From Candidatus Methanomethylophilaceae archaeon (lineage in GTDB: Archaea > Thermoplasmatota > Thermoplasmata > Methanomassiliicoccales > Methanomethylophilaceae), in the NCBI GenBank assembly GCA_944320495.1, contig CALUHR010000006.1:1-64000 (forward strand): 64,000 nt of DNA, written 5' to 3'. This document shows positions 1 through 9,930 of this stretch, in pieces (the first letter of the stretch is position 1; every line of letters starts with the position of its first letter). Position numbers and translations under genes: made by a program. Below the pieces are notes generated by a model. That model was not told the origin of the DNA. It saw only the letters and a program-made list of their open reading frames with translations, and searched no databases.

Positions 1-1
1 A

Positions 2-673
2 TGCTGGACTGACCTGGAGGCATACTTTACAAACGAAGAGGTGGGAAACACAGCCGTGGACACCATGGACATCGGTACAGTCAATTTCCCCACAGGGCAG
101 ATACTGGCATGTGACCCGCTGATAGAACTGGAGGACAGGCTGCCATACATCCAGACAGTGCCTCCTGGGACCTATCCGGTGACGATCTGCGTGGTGCCCA
201 GCGAGGAGTACGGCGACCGTTACGCCTGTGTGAAGGTGACGGTTTCGGATTCCAGACCGGTGCGCTACGAACTGGCCATGATCGGCGACGAGAATCTGGA
301 CGAGGAGCTCGAAGATGGAGACTACTTCGGATTCATCGTCGACGCCGGCATGGGGTGCATCATTGATGTCGAGTCCCAGAACGCGTTCAAGAAGTATTGG
401 GCGGAGCGTCTGGAAGAGGACGAGGACATAGATCCGTACAATGACCTTTTCTGCGACCTTCTCGAAGAGAGCTACAACGAGAACCCACGCTACCAGAGGG
501 ATGGAGGGGACTGGGTGAACTGGACCGTTCCCGGAACCGGTCTGAATATCCCGATATTCGCATCGGGATGGGGCGACGGCGTCTATCCCTGCTACTTCGG
601 TTATGATTCCAACGGGGATGTCTGCGGAGTGTACATCCTGTTCATCGACTTGGAAAATGGATCAGAGGATTGA
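2..673 (+). CDS. DUF4241-family protein, 5' end beyond window edge
   Basis: Frame open from base 2 (CWTDLEAYF...); family-like motifs G.I.ACDPL, F.VDAGMGC, IFASGWGDGVYPCYFGYD; TGA stop. Confidence 0.75.
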   Translation, partial: CWTDLEAYFTNEEVGNTAVDTMDIGTVNFPTGQILACDPLIELEDRLPYIQTVPPGTYPVTICVVPSEEYGDRYACVKVTVSDSRPVRYELAMIGDENLDEELEDGDYFGFIVDAGMGCIIDVESQNAFKKYWAERLEEDEDIDPYNDLFCDLLEESYNENPRYQRDGGDWVNWTVPGTGLNIPIFASGWGDGVYPCYFGYDSNGDVCGVYILFIDLENGSED

Positions 674-730
674 TTCAGAACCCAACAGACGATGTAGTGG
701 AAAGGGACAAGGATTCAAAACAACCAGATT

Positions 731-1161
731 ATGCGAGAGTCTGATCCGAAGATGCTCGCCCTACCCACCACAGAGGTCCTGCGGTGCGGAAAGGATGTGC
801 TCCTATATCTGGAAGTCAATGCTGAAAGCAAGTCATCCTGGACATGTGCCCGTAGTGCCGCCAAGAAGCTGCTAGCCGACTGTGAGGCCTTGGACAAGGC
901 GATGCGGGAGCATGCTGCAGAGAACCTGACCAGGCTAGCTAATGACTGGCTCTCCCAGGATGAGGAAAATCCTCGCAATCCGGTAACAAACCCCATCACA
1001 GAGGGAGAATTTGCCAACGGATCAGCATGATGAATCTTTCTGTCACCTCCAGTGGCAGTTTCACCGCCTGGTTCGACTGCGACGAGATGTTCACAGACCA
1101 TGCGGTGACAGTCTACGGCTCCTTGAAGAAGGATCTCAAAGCTACCAACATTGAGGGGTAA
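731..1161 (+). pseudogene. DUF2262-like gene, frameshifted near 1015-1020
   Basis: LANDWL...PITEGEFA continues in another frame as ISMMNLSVTSSGSFTAWFDCDEMFTDHAVTVYG...NIEG-TAA; one A missing in GCC AA(A) CGG would join the frames. Start uncertain. Confidence 0.6.
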
Positions 1162-1165
1162 GGAG

Positions 1166-1369
1166 ATGGTGATGAGGTTGAACTGTAAACGCATTGATTT
1201 CGAATACATGGCCGGCGAGGGAATCTTCACCTTTCCCTAAGAAACGGGACTGCCCTTCATCTTCGATGTGGACGAGGAATTGACTGCCAATTCTGCTACC
1301 ATGGATGCGGTGGGGAAGATGCTGGATGAGGTGGATGAACTGACGAAAAAGGCCAAGGCTGCCATCCGA
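1166..1369 (+). pseudogene. Truncated hypothetical gene with in-frame TAA (1238-1240)
   Basis: GGAG then ATG at 1166; MVMRLNCKRIDFEYMAGEGIFTFP*ETGLPFIFDVDEELTANSATMDAVGKMLDEVDEL reads as one protein-like frame. Confidence 0.4.
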
Positions 1370-1682
1370 GTGGACGCTGGGCCTTTACGCGGACCCATAT
1401 GGATGGGATTGAATACTCGCGCCCTCGCCTGAGACGTTGAAAATCTACCCTCATCCCATGTTAAAGTGATTACGGAGACGGTGTTTCGTCGAATCAAGCC
1501 TCTGAGGTATCGATCAGAGGCGAGGGCCCCGATCGGGGCGTGGCGGTCAGGTTCCTGAATGTGGGGAACCGTCTCTCAGGTCTCTCTCGGACCAGTGAGA
1601 GGTTTTTCCGCTGACGGCGAGGTGAGGGGCGATGCAGCGACATCCGAGTCGCACCATCGTCCGACAAGTCCGAGGAGTGAAC

Positions 1683-2192
1683 ATGAGGATAGTGATTCTG
1701 GGGAACAGTGGTAGCGGGAAGTCCACCCTGGCGAAGCGTCTGTCGGAGCACTACGGCATCCCGCTGCTCCATCTGGACGCCGTGAACTTCGACAGCGGAT
1801 GGCGCGAGAGGCCCATTGAGGAGAAACTTCCGATCGTCTCCAATTTCATGGAGAACGTGGATTGGGTCATAGAGGGCAACTACGAGGGGCTCCTGTTCCG
1901 GGAGCGTCTGGAGGCGGCCGATAAGATAATCGTTCTGAGTCTCGGACGCGTCATATGCGTGACGGGAGTCCTGAGGAGATGGCTCAGGTACAGGGGGACT
2001 GTCCGTGACAGCATGGCCGAAGGATGCGTCGAGACCCTTGACCCGGGATTCCTGAGATGGGTCACCTTCGGTCAGTTCTCCGGAGGGAGGGCGGAGAGGC
2101 TGCGCTCCGTGGCAGACATGTATCCGGAAAAGGCCATCGTCTTCCGCACGAGGCGGGAGATGGAACGGTATCTGCGTACCCAGGGGGCGTGA
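1683..2192 (+). CDS. Adenylate-kinase-like P-loop protein (topology modulation protein/FlaR family)
   Basis: MRIVILGNSGSGKST Walker A, WVIEGNY, ADKII, GCVETLD..FLRW. Confidence 0.85.
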   Translation: MRIVILGNSGSGKSTLAKRLSEHYGIPLLHLDAVNFDSGWRERPIEEKLPIVSNFMENVDWVIEGNYEGLLFRERLEAADKIIVLSLGRVICVTGVLRRWLRYRGTVRDSMAEGCVETLDPGFLRWVTFGQFSGGRAERLRSVADMYPEKAIVFRTRREMERYLRTQGA

Positions 2193-2333
2193 GGCCAACG
2201 GCCTCGGGATGTACCTCGTGCGCTCCGGCGCGGTCCGGCAGGACCGGTAAGCGGAGGATGGATCTTTCCCATCCGCCATGTGATCCGAGAGTGGAAGGTG
2301 TTTGTCGAGGGGGCTCGCACCCCCTCATGACCC

Positions 2334-4970
2334 TCACTGCGCCATGCGCCTGAGGACGTACTGGAGGATTCCGCCGTTGGCGATGTACTCGACCTCGGCG
2401 GGCACGTCGACCCTGCAGAGGGTGTCGAACTCCAGCTTCTGGCCGTCCCTGTAGGCGGTGACGCGGACGGTGCACCTGGGCTCCAGGTCCTCGAGGTCGA
2501 TGTCGAAGGTCTCCTTCCCTGTGAGTCCGAGGGTCTCGGCGCTCTGTCCGGGGAGGTACTGCAGGGGCACGATGCCCATGCCGACCAGATTGGACCTGTG
2601 GATCCTCTCGAAGGACTCGGCTATGACGGCCTTCACACCGAGGAGGAGCGGACCCTTGGCGGCCCAGTCCCTGCTGGACCCCGTGCCGTACTCCTTGCCC
2701 GCGAGGACGATGAGCGGGGTCATGTCCTCGTCGTAGCGCTGGGAGGTCTCGAATATGGTGCCGACGGTGCCGTCCGGGAGGTACACGGAACAGCTGCCCT
2801 CGCTGCCGGGGACGAGGATGTTCCTGAGCCTGACGTTGGCGAACGTGCCCCTGACCATGACCTCGTGGTTGGCCCTGCGGGACCCGTAGGAGTTGAAGTC
2901 CTTGGGCTCGACACCCTTGGACATCAGGTACCTTCCCGCGTCGCTGTCCTTGCCGAACGCTCCGGCGGGGGAGATGTGGTCGGTCGTGATGGAGTCGCCG
3001 AGCTTGGCGAGGCACCTGGCCCTGGTGATGCTCCTGATCTCCGGCTCATCGGCGATGCCGTCGAAGAAGGGCGGGTTGCGGATGTACGTCGATTCCTCGT
3101 CCCAGTGGAACAGCGGGGACTCGTCGGCGGGGACGGCGTCCCAGCGGGCGGATCCCTTGAAGACGTCCCTGTACTTCGACTCGTAGACGGCGCGGGTGAC
3201 GAACTGGTCGCAGATCTCGCGGATCTCCCAGTCGGAGGGCCAGATGTCCCTCAGGAAGACCTCCCTGCCGTCCTCGGTGACCGCCAGGGGCTCCCTGTCC
3301 AGGTCGATGTCGACGCGTCCGGCGATGGAGTACGCGACCACGAGCGGAGGGGACGCCAGGTAGTTGGCCTTGACGAGGGGGTGGATCCTCCCCTCGAAGT
3401 TCCTGTTGCTCGACGCGATGGCGGCGACTACGAGATCGTTGGCCTTGATCGAGTTGGAGACCTCGTCAGAGAGCGGTCCGCTGTTCCCGATGCAGGTCAT
3501 GCATCCGTATCCGCATACCTGGAACCCGAGCTTCTGCAGGTAGATCAGCAGGCCGGCGTTCTGGAGGTACTGGGTGACGGCCTTGGATCCCGGGGCCAGG
3601 GATGTCTTGACGTAGTCCTTCGGCCTGAGCCCGAGGTCGTGGGCCTTCTTCGCAACGAGTCCGGCGGCGATCATGACCGAGGGGTTGGCGGTGTTGGTGC
3701 ACGAGGTGATCGATGCTATCACGAGGGACCCGTCGCCGAGCTGTCCGGCGACCGGCTTCCTCTGCTCCTCGACGCCGAGGGCCCTCAGCGTCTCGGCGAA
3801 GGACTCCTTCAGCCCGGTCATGGGGATGAGGTCCTGGGGGCGCTTGTGACCAGCCAGGCAGGGGACGACGGTGGACAGGTCGAGCTCCAGGGTGTCGGTG
3901 TACTCGGGGTCTGCCTCGTACCAGAGGCCCTGCTCCTTGCAGTACCTCTCGATGGTGTCGATGTGGTCCTCGCTCCTGCCGGTGAGGCGGAGGTAGTCGA
4001 CGGTCTTCCCGTCCACGGGGCAGAAGCCGGTGGTGGCTCCGTACTCGGGCCCCATGTTGGCCAGGGTGGAGCGGTCCGCCAGGTCCAAGTTCCTGTAGCC
4101 CTCTCCGTAGTACTCTACGAACTTGCCGACCACGCCCTTCTTCCTGAGCATGTTGACGACCGTGAGAACGAGATCGGTGGCGTTGACGCCCTCGCTCAGC
4201 TTTCCGGTGAGCTTGAACCCGATGACGTCGGGGAGCTTCATGTAGCTGGGCTGGCCGACCATGGCGGCCTCCGCCTCGATGCCTCCGACTCCCCATCCGA
4301 GGACTCCGAGGCCGTCGATCTGCGTGGTGTGCGAGTCGGTTCCGAAGCAGGAGTCAGGGTATGCGACCCTCTTCCCGTCGACGTCCCTGACGTGGACCAG
4401 AGGGGACAGGTACTCCAGGTTGACCTGGTGGCAGATCCCGGTTCCGGGAGGGACGGCGCGGAAGTTCTTTAGGCTCTTCTGGGCCCACTTGAACAGGGCG
4501 TAGCGCTCCTTGTTGCGCTGGAAGTCCAGCTCCTCGTTCAGCTCCTGGGCGTCGTCGCGGCCGGCGTAGTCGGTGTTGATGGAGTGGTCGATGACCAGGT
4601 CCACGGGCATCAGGGGGTTGATGAGCTCCGGGTCCCTGCCCATGGAGGCCACGGCCTCCCTCATGGACGCCAGGTCGGTGATGACGGCTCCGCCGGTGAG
4701 ATCCTGGAGCAGGACCCTGGCGGGGATCCAGGGGATGTCGCGGTCGGTGTTCTCCCTCGGGTTCCAGGACGCGGCGGTGAGAACGTCCTCGTCGGTGATG
4801 TGGACGCCGTCGCGCTGCCTGAGCATGCCCTCGATGAGGATCTTGATGGAGTAGGGGATCTTCGAGAGGTCCTTGATGATGCCTTTGGCCTCCAGCTCGC
4901 GGAGGCTGTAGATGGTGAGGTCGCCCTCCTTCGTCGTGAGGGTCTTGGTGCAAGGTCCGACTTCGGTCAT
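2334..4970 (-). CDS. acnA: Aconitate hydratase A
   Basis: PARVLLQD, VDLVIDHS, GICHQVNLEYL, GTDSHTT, ITSCTNT, GYGCMTCIGNSG, SNRNFEGR, DSITTDHISPAG, GSSRDWAAKG; true start MTEVG at 4970. Confidence 0.97.
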   Translation of the reverse strand: MTEVGPCTKTLTTKEGDLTIYSLRELEAKGIIKDLSKIPYSIKILIEGMLRQRDGVHITDEDVLTAASWNPRENTDRDIPWIPARVLLQDLTGGAVITDLASMREAVASMGRDPELINPLMPVDLVIDHSINTDYAGRDDAQELNEELDFQRNKERYALFKWAQKSLKNFRAVPPGTGICHQVNLEYLSPLVHVRDVDGKRVAYPDSCFGTDSHTTQIDGLGVLGWGVGGIEAEAAMVGQPSYMKLPDVIGFKLTGKLSEGVNATDLVLTVVNMLRKKGVVGKFVEYYGEGYRNLDLADRSTLANMGPEYGATTGFCPVDGKTVDYLRLTGRSEDHIDTIERYCKEQGLWYEADPEYTDTLELDLSTVVPCLAGHKRPQDLIPMTGLKESFAETLRALGVEEQRKPVAGQLGDGSLVIASITSCTNTANPSVMIAAGLVAKKAHDLGLRPKDYVKTSLAPGSKAVTQYLQNAGLLIYLQKLGFQVCGYGCMTCIGNSGPLSDEVSNSIKANDLVVAAIASSNRNFEGRIHPLVKANYLASPPLVVAYSIAGRVDIDLDREPLAVTEDGREVFLRDIWPSDWEIREICDQFVTRAVYESKYRDVFKGSARWDAVPADESPLFHWDEESTYIRNPPFFDGIADEPEIRSITRARCLAKLGDSITTDHISPAGAFGKDSDAGRYLMSKGVEPKDFNSYGSRRANHEVMVRGTFANVRLRNILVPGSEGSCSVYLPDGTVGTIFETSQRYDEDMTPLIVLAGKEYGTGSSRDWAAKGPLLLGVKAVIAESFERIHRSNLVGMGIVPLQYLPGQSAETLGLTGKETFDIDLEDLEPRCTVRVTAYRDGQKLEFDTLCRVDVPAEVEYIANGGILQYVLRRMAQ

Positions 4971-5263
4971 GAGCGGATTCTCCTGCGTGCGGTTAGTCGC
5001 GTATCTTATAAGAAGTGCGCGCGCGAAAGGAAGACGTCCGTATTCCACGCATGCGCGCTCAGGTGTCGAGGCCCAGGGCGATGCATCGGTCCATTCGCAG
5101 AAGGGGTTGTAGGTGCCGTCCCGGAAGGTCATCCGAGCAGAGGTCGGGGGATGCCTGCCGTCGTCAGGAGGTGTCCGGTGCCGTTCGACCTGCTCGAGTT
5201 CGGAACAGTGTCCGTTCACGATCTTGTCTTCTGGTCGTATCACGTCCGGGTACGCATCGGACC

Positions 5264-5785
5264 TCGTTCCTCGACGAAGCTGCACTGCTCCCTGACGAAG
5301 GAGATGGTCCTCCTGACGATGTCGCGGCACCTCCCGAGCGCGGTCTTGGGGTTCGTGTGGCGCATGCAGGCGGTCGCCACGGCGAGGTTGACGTGGTTGC
5401 CGACGCCGGCGATCGCCGCAGCCTCCCTGTCCTCGCCGCAGAAGGACATGTACCCCTCCACGACGCTGTTGAGGTAGTCCTGGGACTGCATGAACAGGTT
5501 GATCCACAGGTCCCTGTCGGCGACGATGCCACTGGGGTCGCCGTCGGCGGGGCCGGTGCGCCACGCACCCGCGTTGGGGCCGTAGTGATCGATCAGGAGC
5601 GAGACGCGTCCGAGGTTCTCGTCCGCCGTGCCCTCGGGGTCGTCGCTCTTCAGGGCGTAGAACGCGAGGCACATCGAGGCCATGACGGTCCAGTTGCCGA
5701 GGCCTATGCTCCCGGCCATCTCACCCGTCTCTTTGTCGGCGTACTTGAGGCGTTCGAGGAGTTCTACGTCCGTGGGGGATTCCAT
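5264..5785 (-). CDS. Hypothetical protein (ends at CGA 5264-5266; TGA 8 codons later)
   Basis: Host-like codon bias; no recognised family. Confidence 0.6.
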
Positions 5786-6014
5786 GTGAGCGGCGTATCT
5801 CGTGATGCTTATTAAACAATCAGAGAGCCCACATTATAGCAGGTTATTCATGAAAAAAGTGTAAAAATCGACATAAAATTCACAATAAGAATGCAAAACG
5901 ATGCACTTGTCCACGAATCGCAGTCATAGGTCGGAATCTCCCCGACAGCAACTCTAATGACGGGCCGAAGCGTCCCCGTCAATCGTTATATCGTAGCAGC
6001 GAGTGGGACCATCG

Positions 6015-6557
6015 ATGTGGGAACTCGGCGTCCTCGATTGGTTCGACTCCCTGCACGGGACCTTCCTGGACCAGCTGATGGTCGGTGTCACGTACAGCGC
6101 CACGTCCGGACTCGTCTGGTTCGTGCTGGGGTTCCTGATGACCTGCTCCCGCAGGTGGCGCAGATGCGGTGTGTCCGTGATCGTCTCTGTGGCTCTGGCG
6201 TACGTGGTGGTCGACGTCATCCTCAAGCCGCTGGTCTGCCGCGATCGCCCGTTCACTGTGGAGGACTTCGACCTGCTCGTGGCGCCTCCGGACACCTGGT
6301 CCTTCCCGTCGGGGCACACGGCCTCCGCGTTTGCGGGCGCGGTCGCGATACTGGTCCACGACCGCAGGTGGGGCTCCATCGCACTGGTGTACGCTGCCCT
6401 CGTGGGAATCTCGAGGATGTATTTCTGTGTCCACTGGCCGACCGACGTCATCGCCGGCGCTGTCATCGGAGCGGCGGTCGCCGTCCTGGCCATTTGGTTC
6501 ATGTCCCGCTGGGTCCCGTACTTCAGGGGGCTGGAACGTGAGGGTGCGATTCTGCGA
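6015..6557 (+). CDS. PAP2-family membrane phosphatase (CGA-terminated)
   Basis: K...RDRP, SFPSGHT, SRMYFCVHWPTDV motifs; first CGA at 6555-6557, immediately followed by AT-rich intergenic repeats. Confidence 0.9.
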
Positions 6558-6591
6558 TGTTACAGATGTTACAAACATAACAAAGATAACA
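6553..6591. repeat. 9-bp-period AT-rich tandem units (ACAGATGTT, ACAAACATA, ACAAAGATA)
   Basis: Directly visible; two units nearly or fully identical to those upstream of cas3. Confidence 0.6.
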
Positions 6592-6686
6592 TCTCAGAGT
6601 TTATCTATTCCTTCGGCCATCTTCATGCTGGAGGTCGGAGGGCGGCCGTAGAAGCGCCGTCCTCCCCTTCGAGAAGGAGGTACAGA

Positions 6687-6881
6687 ATGCCAGAGGAGGA
6701 GAAGAAGGCCGAGGAGACGGTGGATCCCATGGAGATTTTCCGGGACCATCTTCCCGAACCAGGTAGCGGAGCCAGCCTGTTCGACGACTGGAACGAGATG
6801 GCCCCCGATTTCCTGGACCAGTGCTCCGTCCCGGACAGGTCTGTGAAGAAGGGCGGCAGGGGATCGGCGGAGAAACGCTGA
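6687..6881 (+). CDS. Small acidic hypothetical protein (64 aa)
   Basis: AAGGAGG then ATG; MPEEEKKAEETVDPMEIFRDHL...; host codon bias. Confidence 0.55.
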   Translation: MPEEEKKAEETVDPMEIFRDHLPEPGSGASLFDDWNEMAPDFLDQCSVPDRSVKKGGRGSAEKR

Positions 6882-6941
6882 CGGAGCAGGCCCGTTCGCA
6901 CGGGCCCATGCTCTTAGTTAAGGGAATATTACTATGGATTT

Positions 6942-6977
6942 TCTTATTAAAGAAAACGGGCATTTTCTTTAATAAGA
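6942..6977. repeat. Perfect 15-bp inverted repeat TCTTATTAAAGAAAA-N6-TTTTCTTTAATAAGA
   Basis: Directly visible. Confidence 0.9.
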
Positions 6978-7118
6978 TTTCAACGGCGTTAATCACTGGC
7001 CAGAATGGACAGGAGTGGAGAAGATACAACCTGTTCGATTTCGAACGACACCGAACGTAGCCATGGGATATGATGGACCCGTGTCCAGAAGGTCTGATCT
7101 CAGGAATCTGGCTATGTC

Positions 7119-7162
7119 TTGATGGTGAGACTTGGCGGGGTTTTGATGGTGAGACTTGGCGG
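7119..7162. repeat. 20-bp direct repeat x2 (TTGATGGTGAGACTTGGCGG), 24-bp period
   Basis: Copies at 7119-7138 and 7143-7162. Confidence 0.9.
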
Positions 7163-7284
7163 CATCCCATCGAGGTCCGACGGATAGGATATCGATCGGG
7201 CCCATGAGACGACTTCTGTAAAGTGGTGTGGTAGGAAGAATGGAGGGGTAGGGGCAATGGCCCCCGTTGTAGTGGTTTGCGGGA

Positions 7285-8097
7285 TCACTCCATGACGTCG
7301 GCCATCGAGTAGACCTTGCCCTTGGCCTGCCTCACGACCCAGCCGGCGGCCATGACGGCGCCGCCGACGAAGATCTCCCTGGAGTGGGCCTGGTGGCGGA
7401 TCTCGATCCTCTCGGAGTTCCCGATGAACATGACGGTGTGGTCACCGACGATGTCCCCGCCCCTGACGGCGTGGATGCCGATCTCCTTCCCGCGGGGGCA
7501 GTGGCCCTGACGGCCGTAGACGAAGTCCTTCCCTCCCATGGCCTCACTGATGATCTCGGCCGCGGTCATCGCGGTTCCGCTGGGGGCGTCCTGCTTCTGG
7601 TGGTGGTGGGCCTGGCTGATCTCCACATCGTGGTCGTTCCCGAGGAGGAGCGCGGCCTGCCTGATCAGCTTGTTGAAGGCGGCCACTCCGATGGAGTAGT
7701 TGGTGGAGATGACGGCGGCGACGTTGTTCTTCACGACGGCGTCGGTGATGTCCTTCTTGACCTCGTCGGAGAGCCCGGTGGTCCCGATGATGAGGTTGAC
7801 CCCGGCCGCGGCGGCGATGGGCGCGTTGACGGCGGTGGCCTTGGCGATGGTGAAGTCCAGGAGGACGTCGGTCCTGGAGTCCTTCAGGACCTGAGCCAGG
7901 TCCTTGGAGTCCGAGACGGGGACGCCGAGGGCGCCTACGCCGACGACCTCTCCGATGTCCTTGCCGATGTTGACGAGGTCGAATGCCGCGGAGACGGTCA
8001 TGCCCTCGGTGGCGAGGACGCGCTTGACGAGCATCTGTCCCATCCTTCCGCAGGCTCCGACGAGTCCGACTCTGACTTCTGCGTTGTTGCCGGTCAT
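7285..8097 (-). CDS. dapB: 4-hydroxy-tetrahydrodipicolinate reductase
   Basis: GACGRMG, DFT, IGTTG, HHHQKQDAPSGTA, VRGGDIVGDHTV, HQAHSR. Confidence 0.97.
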   Translation of the reverse strand: MTGNNAEVRVGLVGACGRMGQMLVKRVLATEGMTVSAAFDLVNIGKDIGEVVGVGALGVPVSDSKDLAQVLKDSRTDVLLDFTIAKATAVNAPIAAAAGVNLIIGTTGLSDEVKKDITDAVVKNNVAAVISTNYSIGVAAFNKLIRQAALLLGNDHDVEISQAHHHQKQDAPSGTAMTAAEIISEAMGGKDFVYGRQGHCPRGKEIGIHAVRGGDIVGDHTVMFIGNSERIEIRHQAHSREIFVGGAVMAAGWVVRQAKGKVYSMADVME

Positions 8098-8142
8098 GTT
8101 GTATCGCCCACGCTAATGGGCGGACCGTATAATAACGTCGGC

Positions 8143-9033
8143 TCAGGCCGGCTCCGTCTCGATGGTCTCCTCGGCGTACCTGGAGGACACCCTGCTCAGG
8201 ACGTAGCCGAACACCAGGCCGGCGACGATGCAGACCGCGGTCGCTGGCACCATGTCGGTCTCCATGCCCTGTAGCGCCTGGACGACCACGGTCACGACGG
8301 ATCCGACGGTTATGCCCATGATGCACCAGTAGGCGGACCTCCTGCGGGTCCTGAAGAAGTAGTCCACGATCCTGGAGAGCCCCAGGACGCCGGCGATCAG
8401 GCCGAGGCCGATGGGGACGAGCGCGGCGATCCTCTCCATGAGCACGGACATGTCCATGCTGCCGACCAGGTCCATGAGCGGGGTGTACAGGCCGATTGCA
8501 AGGAGTATCGCCGCTCCGCTCAGTCCGGGGACGATCTTGGATAGCGCGATTAGCACCCCGACGATGAAGAGGAGGACGATGTCCACGATGTCGAGCTCCG
8601 CGAGGGAGATGTCGGAGTCGGTGGAGCCGAGGAACAGGAACGCGATCATCACGACGAACCCTATGACGCAGGCGGCGACGTTCCAACGCGTGATCCCATC
8701 CTCCTCCCCGCGCCCGTCGCAGAGCCTGTAGATGTCGGGTATCTGGAAGACGATGAGGGCCGCGAAGAAGAACATCAGCGGTATCTCCCAGTTCTGCAGC
8801 AGTGCGTCGATGCCGACGGCGCACACCAGCAGACCCACGACCACTCCGAGCCCGAGGGGCACGATGAAGCGGAGGTCCTTCAGGAGCTTCCCGCGGATGT
8901 TGGCGATGTCCGCGATCAGCCTCTCGTAGATGCCGAAGATGACGGCGATGATCCCGCCGCTGGCGCCGGGCATCATGGACATTATGCCCACGAGGGCGCC
9001 GACGAGGAAGTCCTTCACCGCTTTGACAGTCAT
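8143..9033 (-). CDS. DUF368-family membrane protein
   Basis: MPGASGGIIAVIFGIYE, IVPGLSGAAILLAIGLY; multiple TM segments. Confidence 0.85.
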   Translation of the reverse strand: MTVKAVKDFLVGALVGIMSMMPGASGGIIAVIFGIYERLIADIANIRGKLLKDLRFIVPLGLGVVVGLLVCAVGIDALLQNWEIPLMFFFAALIVFQIPDIYRLCDGRGEEDGITRWNVAACVIGFVVMIAFLFLGSTDSDISLAELDIVDIVLLFIVGVLIALSKIVPGLSGAAILLAIGLYTPLMDLVGSMDMSVLMERIAALVPIGLGLIAGVLGLSRIVDYFFRTRRRSAYWCIMGITVGSVVTVVVQALQGMETDMVPATAVCIVAGLVFGYVLSRVSSRYAEETIETEPA

Positions 9034-9091
9034 CGCCCGAGGGTTCGGTTCTTCCTATTTAGGGATTGTCCAGGAAGCGTCGCGAGGTCCG

Positions 9092-9892
9092 TCGGTACGG
9101 CGTCCTCCCGCCGAACTCCCTGTCGACTACTGCCTTGAGAGAGCGGAGGTTCTCCTCCGAGTTGGCGGCGAGCACAGGGCTCGGACCCTCGAAGGACACG
9201 TCCCCGTCGCCGATGCCGGTGTAGCACCCGCCCGCCTCCCTCAGGATGGTCAGCCCGGCGGCGTAGTCCCAGGGAGACAGCCTGATCTCGAAGTACATGT
9301 CCGCGGCGCCCTCGGCGATGAGCGACAGCTCCAGGGCGGCGGTACCGATGCGGCGGATGTCGTTGATCTCCGGGTAGAGGGACTCGCTCACCCTGAAGAC
9401 GGGTTCGGCCAACGACTTCTCGTAGCAGCACCAGGCCGTGCTGAGGATGCAGTCGCCCAGCGGGCGGTCCGAGACACGGATGGGCTCCCCGTCCTTGTAC
9501 GCCCCATCCCCGACCACGGCGCTGTAGAGCGTGTCCATGAACGGGTTCAGGACGAATCCGGCGTAGGGCTCGGCGTCGCGGAACAGCGCGACGGACACGG
9601 CGCACATGGGGATCCCGCGGGAGAAGTTGGCGGTGCCGTCGATGGGGTCGACGACCCACGCCCACTCGGAGTCCCGGAGGGAGGCCTCGTCACCCTCCTC
9701 GCCGATGAACGCGGATCCCGGGAGGAGCTCGGTGAGCCTCTGCTTGAGGAACCTCTCGTTCTCGATGTCCGCCGAGGTGACCAGGTTCTCCCTGGTGCCC
9801 TTGCTGCTCACGGTGAACCCGTGGGCGGAGCGGACCCTGCGCCCCGACTCCCTGACGATCGACTCGATGTCCTCGATGCTGGGTGCGTCCAT
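9092..9892 (-). CDS. Inositol monophosphatase family protein (CGA-terminated)
   Basis: LVTSAD..NE, FIGEE, WVVDPIDGTANF, RRIGTAALEL, LSPWDYAAG; ends ...GRTPY-CGA. Confidence 0.92.
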
Positions 9893-9930
9893 GGACCTGT
9901 GGATGCGGGCGCAGGATAAGGCCCTTGCCT

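Noticed and set aside
1632-1682. Upstream start MQRHPS for the FlaR-like gene
   Set aside because: Family begins at MRIVILG (1683) after GGAGTG; extension has three CGA.
4971-5672. 1112-aa ORF suggesting an N-terminally extended aconitase
   Set aside because: Homology begins at MTEVG (4970); the extension overlaps another gene and contains in-frame CGA.
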